A stretch of DNA of 63,489 bases, filler included, from Licmophora abbreviata (taxonomy: Eukaryota): NCBI GenBank assembly GCA_900291995.1. It is 12 parts of 12 records of this genome, joined end to end, with 100 filler letters (N's around TTAATTAATTAA, not from the genome) between each part and the next. Parts side by side here need not be neighbours in the genome. Positions count along the whole stretch, not along the records: positions 10,225 to 23,616 come from OLMU01000526.1; 11 more parts are not named here. One strand, written 5' to 3'. Below are positions 11,693-20,049 of the stretch, in pieces; position 1 is the first letter of the stretch, and every line of letters starts with the position of its first letter. The notes beneath the pieces were generated by a model. The model made no database searches and was not told where the DNA came from. It saw only the letters and a list, made by a program, of their open reading frames with translations. A program made the position numbers and the translations under genes.

Positions 11693-12802
11693 ATGATACT
11701 CTCGATATCATCTGCACGTACCTTCTCGTGTCGCCTTACGACTCGACCGGCTTTCTCACTAGCGCGAGCGTTTTCCAATGTCGAGACCACTGGAATGGTC
11801 GTCGTGTCAATAAAAGAAGCCAAATCAAAGACAGCGAAAGCCCTTCGTCAGATTGGATGGGACGACGATGATGCGGCACTGCAAAGCGAGATCATGACAG
11901 CCGCCGAGTTGTGTGGGAATAACCAAGGTCTTGTAAAAATGTACCAGCCGGCGATGATGGCACCTTCGGAAGGCGCTTCCAAACCGACCATTGAGCGCGA
12001 TACGCCCAGCTCTGCGGTTGTTAATGCGAATCAGAGCCCCGGCATGTTGGCTGCAGTACAGGCTGCCGATCTTGCCGCGGAAAAAGTCAAATCAGGCCAA
12101 TCTGTCATCTCAATTGTGGCCTCGTACAATACATCGACGTCATCTGGACAATTGGGATACTACGTGGAGCGGATGGCCCGTAAGGGCTTGATCGGACTTG
12201 CACTAGCCAACTCGCCAGAGTTTGTCGCCGCTGCAGCTGGCGGCAGTCCAGTCTTTGGGACCAATCCTCTCGCCGTCGGTGTGCCTCTTGCGACAGAAGA
12301 TCCATTTGTCTTTGACATGGCTACATCGGCAATTGCCTTGTTTGGTGTACTGACTGCGAAGTCTAAGGGAGAGCCACTCCCTCCCGAAGTAGCATACGGC
12401 AAGAACGGAGACTGGACGACTGATGCCGAAGAAGCTCTAGACGGTGGAGCCATTGCCACTTTTGGAGGTCACAAAGGCGCTGGACTAGCGCTTTGTGTAG
12501 AACTGTTGGCGGGTGCACTGAGTGGAAGTGCTGTACTAGGTCAGGTGGAATCCAAAAAGACTGCGAAGTCATGGGGTCACACATTCATCTGTATTGACCC
12601 GAACGCTTTGGTCGACGACTATACGAACAAAGCGTCCTCCATAATTTCTACCATCAAGTCATCTGGACCCGGTATTCGAATTCCTGGAGAACGCTCGGCA
12701 AAGGCTGCCAGGGAACATCTTGCCGCAGGGACCCTTGCAGTTCCTGAAAAGGTTTGGGAGTCAATCCAACAAACTGCTCAGTACGGCCTCACCCTAAAGT
12801 AG
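11693..12802 (+). CDS. Ldh_2 (type 2 malate/L-lactate/sulfolactate dehydrogenase) family oxidoreductase with mitochondrial presequence
   Basis: FGTNPLAVGVP, FVFDMATS, FGGHKGAGLALCVELLAGAL, FICIDP, IRIPGERS; R/S-rich N-terminus. Confidence 0.88.
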   Translation: MILSISSARTFSCRLTTRPAFSLARAFSNVETTGMVVVSIKEAKSKTAKALRQIGWDDDDAALQSEIMTAAELCGNNQGLVKMYQPAMMAPSEGASKPTIERDTPSSAVVNANQSPGMLAAVQAADLAAEKVKSGQSVISIVASYNTSTSSGQLGYYVERMARKGLIGLALANSPEFVAAAAGGSPVFGTNPLAVGVPLATEDPFVFDMATSAIALFGVLTAKSKGEPLPPEVAYGKNGDWTTDAEEALDGGAIATFGGHKGAGLALCVELLAGALSGSAVLGQVESKKTAKSWGHTFICIDPNALVDDYTNKASSIISTIKSSGPGIRIPGERSAKAAREHLAAGTLAVPEKVWESIQQTAQYGLTLK

Positions 12803-12846
12803 ACGACCGTCATGCGATAGCACTTTCAACCAAGACTCCATTTAAA

Positions 12847-14564
12847 TTACACATCTCTATTTAGATGCTCTTCTGGGATTAGGGGGTCGTCCTTCTTGCC
12901 ACATGTGCGTGCAAGTAGCGCCTCAAAATCAATGTACGGCTCGTAGTGGTTCACCGCAACAGAAACACGATTCGTGTCGTGAATGTTCAGCTTGGGCGTG
13001 AAGGTGTTTATTTCTTGCATGGCCTTGTGAGTCGACAGTCCTACTACCATCATCGGCGCCCCTTCCATCGCTGTCAGAAAGTAGAATACAAGTGAGATCG
13101 AGAAATGGAGAATGTAGGTCGTGTCATCTAGCTCCACAGGAACTTACTCTTCATCATGTCTTCGATTTCCTGTGACAGTCGGTATTTTCCCTTTCGGCCG
13201 CAAATGATCATTGCCGCTTCAAACGGAGGCTCCCCACTTCGTTCCCGTCTTTGGTATTCTCCGAGAAAGCCCACTGTCATCAACCACAGAGAGAAAGAAA
13301 TGAGCACGACACGATCAACGACACGCCCACGTGTTCCAAGCAAAGAAAGAGTCGGAAACTTACGAATGAGATCATCTCTTGTTGCGTGAGCGATGTAAAG
13401 TGTCCGACTGGGCTTTTCTCGCAAGTTTTCTAAGAATCTGCGTTGAGGGACGAGACAATAGCTATGTGAGGGGACGACAACTCACAAAAACTTACAAAAA
13501 CATGGATAGTCACGATGACAATCCAAAAACGCACCGTGAGAGCGACGTTGTAACCAGGTTGATATCATGAACATTGTAGTGACGGTAACGATGCTCTTTC
13601 CCACTAATCAGGTCGGTCGCGAAAAGGAACTCGAGGTCGGCAAGAGCGGGGCAGCCCAGAAATGGTCGATCTGGAATGCATGCGAGAAGAGGCACCCCCC
13701 ACGCCTTCATTAAGGCCTTGCCCATGTACTCTTTCGTCTGTTCGTACTTGTCGGGCATGACTTTGTTGATGATGACGCCTGCGATTCTAACACCGTATTT
13801 CTGGCAAAGGACTCTATTGAGTTCCAATTCGTCAAACGCCGAGCCTGTGTGTATAGTGTCCAAGTGATGACGCGACTTGAGTACCTTTTGCAGCACGCAT
13901 CGAGTTCTTCATGCACGAGGATTCCCGACGACCTACCTAAGCCTCCATTGGCAACAAGAACCATATCTGCTCCAATCATGTGCGCCACTTTGGCATTGTT
14001 GACGTCGACGATACTGCCTACAGCCACATGCCCAGTCCCTTCGCAAAGTGTTACATCGCTAGCATCAACCACGTGCTTGACGGACGTCTCGATGTCATGA
14101 AGCTGCTTTTCATACGATATCTCTCCATCGACAAACTTCTTCGTGTACCCTCGAGGAATAATGACGGGACTCATGTGCTCATAGTCAATGTGATGCAGAT
14201 GGAAACGTTCTCTGACAAGGCAACAATCCTTGTCGACTCGAATCATTTCTCCCTTGTTTTCGGAGAACACTTCGACATGCTGCTGACCGACAGGTTTGAC
14301 GAACCCGAGTCGTTCGAACCTTTTCTGTAAGCCACTCGCCAGGGCCAACGAGACCGTCGTCTTGCCAACGTGCTGCCGCGTTGCCGCCACGAAGATCGGC
14401 CGCTGGAAGCAACCTCGATCTGGATTGTACTTCCAGAATCTCTTCTCGTCGGCATCATCGGTATTGCTGCTCGTTCTGCTAAAGGCCCTCAGCACATTAG
14501 GTCCTATACCGGCGGTAGCCCTACATCCGCGCCCGAGGGATCTGTAAACGACGGGCATCACCAT
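12847..14564 (-). CDS. BioD/CobQ-like AAA_26 + DRTGG protein (phosphotransacetylase N-terminal-like), 4 exons (14564-13937, 13844-13535, 13437-13148, 13070-12847)
   Basis: P-loop ATRQHVGKTT, FVKPVGQ, LCEGTGH, GGLGSAFDEL, GVIINKV, DRTGG-like IAHATRDDL. Three GT-AG introns join in frame. Confidence 0.8.
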
Positions 14565-14859
14565 GGTTGATGTGGCTGTGATGTGGTGATGTGTGCTCGG
14601 TTGACATCACCGCAAGTTTTTGTCGACCTGGATCTTTCTGTTTCAGTCCGTACCGAAATCGCGTATAAATCTACGCAAGTTTTAGTGAGAATTCGAGGTG
14701 GATTTCGTGCCGGAAACGCACCCACAGGCAGAGACTGGCAGGTAGACGACAATGTTATATCGAGGCTATTGGAGAAGTCACGTATAACCTGCCAATAGCC
14801 AGGCATAAAAAGCTTTTCTGGTAGCGGAAAAGGCTTCATTACAAGTTGCTAGAATGGAA

Positions 14860-15892
14860 CTAATCCTCCGATAGCTCGTCGAGAGCCGCGGTAGTCGCCG
14901 ATGAATCCATCGTTCCATCGAACAGTCCTCCAGCTGCGCCTCCCATTCCACCCATCATTGACTTCAAAAGATCATTCGTGTCCATGTTCTTGTACAGATT
15001 TGCCGCTGCTTGCATCGCTTCTCGCCAAGCTACCGGGTCGTTCAGCAAATCGTCCATTCCTGGCATTCCGGCCATCATACCCTTGAGCATCGGGTTCTGC
15101 AATATCATTTGCCGACTCTGCTCTAGTCGCTCTGGATCTGACATGTACTCTTGAAAGATAGGGCTGCTCATCATGTTCTGCATCATCTCAAGACTCTCCC
15201 CCATATCTGGCGTCTCGCCGTCTCCGCCGCCCATGGACTTCATCATCTCGTCGAGTTTGCTCGTATCGAGACCCGAGTTCTTGACCATTTCTTCCAAACT
15301 TGCCATTCCACCAGAACTAGCACCACTGTTGATTGCGCTAGGGCTTCCCGCCGAAGCTCCTGCACTACTACTGCTGCTACTACTACTACTACTGGTACTC
15401 TTGCTCTTGGTTTTGCCGGGCACCATGTTGAGTTGTGACCCGTTCGAGACTCCAACATCAGATAAGACATCTGACGGTGCCAATCGTTTTCCGGCAAACA
15501 AGACCCGACCCTGTTTCTTAGAATCGATCCCAGAAGCTTCTTGTACCTTTTCTTGTAGATCTTGGACAGTTTCGACGTTCGAAACGTCGTACTTTCTTCC
15601 ATGGAGGGTGATTTGAAGATTGCTAATAGGAGCTCCCGCCCACGCAGTAGCGAGCTACATCAAGATGAACATAGATTAGTGAGTGACAAAGTAGCCATGG
15701 GCATGAGAGCGATTCTTGGATGAGTGAATCTTGCTCAAGGAAAATTGACACCTGGAGTTTCAGATTCTTGGCGCCAAAGTGGGTATCAACGAATCGGCGT
15801 TTTCCCCCACATTTGACTCCTCCTTTCCAATAGACTAGCACAATTTCACGTACCAAAGCGCACGGAGCGACGAGCCGATGCAATAGCTTCAT
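14860..15892 (-). CDS. Signal-peptide-bearing ubiquitin-like + STI1 domain protein (ubiquilin-like, no UBA), 2 exons (15892-15854, 15654-14860)
   Basis: Spliced N-terminus MKLLHRLVAPCALLATAWA-GAP. UBL segment ETVQDLQEKVQEASGIDSKKQGRVLFAGKRL. Met-rich STI1 segments MMSSPIFQEYMSDP and NPMLKGMM...LLNDP. Confidence 0.75.
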
Positions 15893-16225
15893 GGTTTTGG
15901 CAGCGGCCGGATAAATCGAAGTGGTGAGAGCGAATAGAAGACGGGCGCGGGTGCCTCGACGTTTTGTGTGATCAACGATGTGACTTGCAGGTCTCCACGC
16001 GTAATGAAGGGGGCTGGCTCCACGGCTTCAAAAAGAATCAGCATCCGGATGCCGGATTCTATTCTTCGAAGCTCTGAGACGGTCTCCGAGCTCCACAAAG
16101 TCTCGATTTGATCAACTCAGGAGCTCGCGGGATCGCGCGAATTCTTTTTTGGTTTTCGCGAGGCCTCAAAATCTCGCCGCACAAAACAAAATCACGGTCG
16201 AACCCGTGATACTCTCTCTTGCACC

Positions 16226-18076
16226 ATGGCGTCGACATCAACCTCCAGCGGTCCAACTCCGTTGCTCCCCAAAGAGCCACTGACGGTGGACATGGTGGAA
16301 TATGATTTCGAAGACTATGCATTAAAGCATGGAATTCCTGATACGCTGGATCCCCTGCCGTATCGCAAATCGGGCTCCGTGTTCGCAAGTGGGGAAGAGG
16401 CTGAGCCCATCATGACCTCTGCCAAACACGATCCTCGCTTGCGCACTGTAGTTTGTCGCCATTGGCTTCGGGATTTGTGCATGAAAGGTGCCGCTTGTGA
16501 ATTTCTTCATCAATACGATTTGAGTAAGATGCCGCTATGTCGTCATGGAGAGCGCTGCAAAATCAAGGACTGTCCCTTTCGTCACATTCGAGAAGAGGAC
16601 CGCCTCGAGTGCGTCTTTTACAGTCAAGGATTTTGCATCCACGGTCCCTTTTGTCGTTACAAACATATATCTCGTGATCGGGTTGATCTTCCCGCAGTGG
16701 CAGACTTCACGCTGGGACTGTCGCAGATGCAGGCCGCTGGTAAGGACGGCACGAGTACGAAGCGTCCCGCCCCCAAGCCCAACGAATTCTTCAAGATAAG
16801 TCTATGCAAGCACTTCTTGCAGGGCGAATGCCCCTTTGGAGACGGATGTCATTTTGCCCATGGGGAACATGAGCTGCGGAAGTTTCCTGGTAGGTCCGAA
16901 ACAGACGGTGGTACTGCGGGGGAAGGTGAGGAATTGTCAGAAACTATGTTCTCGAACCAAGAAACGACGACAGTGGACTACTATCAGGGCGGCGCATCGG
17001 GTGGAGGACGCCCGACTCCTATTCTAGAGCCAGAACATGCCTATTTCTTTATCATGCGAGCGGCAAATCAACGAGACCTGGCCATCAGTACTGCAAGAGG
17101 AGAATGGTATGTGCAACAGCGTCACGCAGACAGCCTCAATGCAGCTTATCAGGATGGGCAGAAACAAGTCATGGTATTCTTTACCGCTAGTGATTCAAAC
17201 CACATTCAAGGTGCTGCGCTCATGACTTCTCCAGCTACTTATCAAAGCAATTTGCCGGACGACAAGGATGCCTTCTCTTTTCGAATTGGCGTGGAATGGT
17301 ACAGGACAACCGAGTTGGCCATTGAAACTGCTTTGGAAGCGGCACCCGATATGTTGCTCCCCACTCGCACCACACAGTACTGTCAAGATATGTCGTCTAC
17401 GACAGGAGAGGCATTCATGAAGGTTGTTTGGAATTCTCCCCTTGTGACCCTATACGAGTCATTTGCCGGTACGGAGGATCCACCTACCTCCGACGCACTG
17501 TTGACGGACTTTCGTTCTCCTGCTGCTGACGAAATTGCATGGCCGACCATGCCAGGACCTGGCTTTATCTTTGGTTGCAGTCAAGATACCATGGACGAGT
17601 GCCTCGGAAAAGGCATCTTTGGGCTGCCTGGGCATATGAAAGCGGCTGCGTCTATCATTCGGCCAGGCAGCACGATCTTTCTGTTCAATGTCACCGATCG
17701 CCTCTTGTTTGGAGTCTTTGAAGCCTTGACTCCCGCTTCCATGAACATTGAACCTGCAGCATTTTCTAAGAATCCCAAGGCTACGTCGTCCCCGTTTCCT
17801 GTTCAGATCCGCGTTCGCGTCAGTCTAGAATGTCCTCCTTTGGAAGATACGGATCCCACTCTGAACGACGTTCTCCGCTCTCGTGTCGGAGGAAGGATTG
17901 GGGCCCTCACCCATGCTCAAGCCGAGGCATTGGCTAGCCTATTGGCGACTCAGTGCGGTGCTTTGCAGTACATGGCGGAGTATCAGCATGGGCTTCAGGA
18001 AGGAGCTGACGTTGTAGCACCCCCTATTGCACTGCCGCCCCGCAAGATTGAACATAAGAGCAAAGCAGTAGTTTGA
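16226..18076 (+). CDS. CPSF30/CPSF4-like CCCH zinc-finger protein with YTH and DCD domains
   Basis: VCRHWLRDLCMKGAACEFLH, ECVFYSQGFCIHGPFCRYKH, LCKHFLQGECPFGDGCHFAH. YTH: YFFIMRAANQRDLAISTARGEW. DCD: GFIFGCSQDTMDECL...FGLP...IFLFNVTDRLLFGVFEA. Confidence 0.85.
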   Translation: MASTSTSSGPTPLLPKEPLTVDMVEYDFEDYALKHGIPDTLDPLPYRKSGSVFASGEEAEPIMTSAKHDPRLRTVVCRHWLRDLCMKGAACEFLHQYDLSKMPLCRHGERCKIKDCPFRHIREEDRLECVFYSQGFCIHGPFCRYKHISRDRVDLPAVADFTLGLSQMQAAGKDGTSTKRPAPKPNEFFKISLCKHFLQGECPFGDGCHFAHGEHELRKFPGRSETDGGTAGEGEELSETMFSNQETTTVDYYQGGASGGGRPTPILEPEHAYFFIMRAANQRDLAISTARGEWYVQQRHADSLNAAYQDGQKQVMVFFTASDSNHIQGAALMTSPATYQSNLPDDKDAFSFRIGVEWYRTTELAIETALEAAPDMLLPTRTTQYCQDMSSTTGEAFMKVVWNSPLVTLYESFAGTEDPPTSDALLTDFRSPAADEIAWPTMPGPGFIFGCSQDTMDECLGKGIFGLPGHMKAAASIIRPGSTIFLFNVTDRLLFGVFEALTPASMNIEPAAFSKNPKATSSPFPVQIRVRVSLECPPLEDTDPTLNDVLRSRVGGRIGALTHAQAEALASLLATQCGALQYMAEYQHGLQEGADVVAPPIALPPRKIEHKSKAVV

Positions 18077-18678
18077 AGTTCCAAATGTGTCGCTAGAAAG
18101 GGTGGACGGTCAATACGTAATAAATCCTTTTGATAAAAGAAAAAGTTATTATGAAACAAAACAAACTTTCTTGTAAATACTACATAGTTGCTAGACCCTA
18201 GTATCGATGTCGTTGATGTCTTGTTCGTGGCACGAGGACACAAGAGAGGCGGGGGCGACGAGATGGTGTATGTTGCTTGGCCCATTGTAAAATTGGTCTG
18301 TATGGAAGTAAAGCGAGTCTCTTTTGCCGCTCTCCATCATCCCGTTGTACCGATGATAGGACGCAGTTCGGCTACTAATGTTCTGGATAGCTAGACTGCT
18401 GCATTTCGACAATGTTCGAACTCGCATCGCAATGAAATATCATGGTGACTGTATGCGCGTGTAGCTCGTGATCTCGTCTGCGCTGAGAACCTCCGCGGAT
18501 CGAGATGATGACCGGACGTGTGACGAGCTGACAGCCGCAACGGAACACACACAATCCTCACTCCATTGCCAGTAAGCAAGATCAGTAATTCATTACATCA
18601 CTGAAATCAAGAGGAACATCTCGGGTTGCCTTGGAGAGCGAAGGGCAGATTCCTGTCATCGCCAACAATCGTCACGCT

Positions 18679-19995
18679 ATGGAGTCAGATCGCCGTCGCC
18701 GAACCAGTCAGTCTCGTCATCCACCGTATTCTGCTGGATCCATGTTGACGACGGCTGTCTTTGCTTACGGAGCGTATCGATTTGCTAATTGGGCATGGCA
18801 AGAATGGAAGAGCGATGATGGGGACGACGAGAGGACACGCCAACGCAGCACGATGGCAAATAGTCACCCTGAGCTGCAAGATACTTCTGGGGCTTCCGGG
18901 CTGTCCGTTGAACGCACACCTAGGAGGCAGCAGCAGCAACAACAACATCAAAAGTGGAGATTGCGGCGTCAGCGTCTGGAGCGGTGTCACGAAGAAATTC
19001 TGACGGCCCTGCAAAACTTTCTCCCTACTCTGAGGAGGGCAATCGAGGAATGCACGGACGTGTCGCTCGAAACACACGCTTTGAAGCAGCTGCGGACTCA
19101 GAAACGAAGCGGTGCTGCTGTGGAAAGAGGAGAAGAGAAACAGTTGTGGGACGTTCTCAAGGTTCAAGCATTCACTCGCATGGTATCGACAGCGTATGCG
19201 CACACGATCCTCTTTCTCGTCTTGACGGTTCAGGTTCACCTATTGGGAGGTCGACTGCTGGACGAGCAAATGCAGACGCAAGCTTCGACACAATCATTGG
19301 GGGACGATAGTGTAGCATCGGATCGCATGGGATCGTATCAGTCTTCTCACAAGCTGGTGTTGACCAAAACGTATGAACACTTCTTTCAAGATGGCATCGC
19401 TTCGCTCGTAGAGACGGTTGAGCGTGCTGTATCAGATGTTCTGAGCGATTGGGACGTGACTGATCCCTCGTCGATCAACACATCGCGTCAGATGTTGGAG
19501 GACGCGGTTGAAAAAGTACGAGAAATCGTTGAAGGTCGGGCTGTGTCGCAGGGACGGCGGCGACGTCGTTCGAGCTCACACCGACCACGTAGTGTATTGC
19601 GCTTCCTCTTGCCGCCAGAACAGCAGTCTACCTGGGGTAGTGACACGGTGCCAGACGAGCTTGCTCAGTCGATCTTGGACGAAACTTGGGATTTGCTCGA
19701 AAGCCCTGTACTCGAAGATGCCCAGCGAGATTCGCTGCGAGCCACGTTTGACTTGATGCGTGATCAGCACTGGGGGACTATCTTTGTTGATGCAGATGCT
19801 CCGCGACACGCATCGTCGCCGTTTGGGACAAAGCCGTTGGCACACGTGATAACTCAGTTGAAGCACTGCACAACTAGCTTCTACGAGCAAACCAGTGAGC
19901 CCATGCAGGTTCCAAGGCCTCCCGTCAACAGCTACGTTTCAGCAATGGAGCGCATGCCCACCATACTTGAGTTGGGCGACGTAAGCTTTAATTGA
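18679..19995 (+). CDS. PEX3: Peroxisomal biogenesis factor 3
   Basis: N-terminal hydrophobic anchor; FLPTLRRAIEE, KQLWDVLKVQAFTRMVSTAYAHTILFLVLTVQVHLLGG, LDETWDLLESP. Confidence 0.85.
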   Translation: MESDRRRRTSQSRHPPYSAGSMLTTAVFAYGAYRFANWAWQEWKSDDGDDERTRQRSTMANSHPELQDTSGASGLSVERTPRRQQQQQQHQKWRLRRQRLERCHEEILTALQNFLPTLRRAIEECTDVSLETHALKQLRTQKRSGAAVERGEEKQLWDVLKVQAFTRMVSTAYAHTILFLVLTVQVHLLGGRLLDEQMQTQASTQSLGDDSVASDRMGSYQSSHKLVLTKTYEHFFQDGIASLVETVERAVSDVLSDWDVTDPSSINTSRQMLEDAVEKVREIVEGRAVSQGRRRRRSSSHRPRSVLRFLLPPEQQSTWGSDTVPDELAQSILDETWDLLESPVLEDAQRDSLRATFDLMRDQHWGTIFVDADAPRHASSPFGTKPLAHVITQLKHCTTSFYEQTSEPMQVPRPPVNSYVSAMERMPTILELGDVSFN

Positions 19996-20049
19996 TCGAC
20001 ATAGTCTCGCCACGTTGTACTACTACTAGCTAGAAGCAGTATTTAGTCT

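Noticed and set aside
18191..18427. 78-aa minus-strand ORF between the CPSF30-like gene and PEX3
   Set aside because: No motif or splice support
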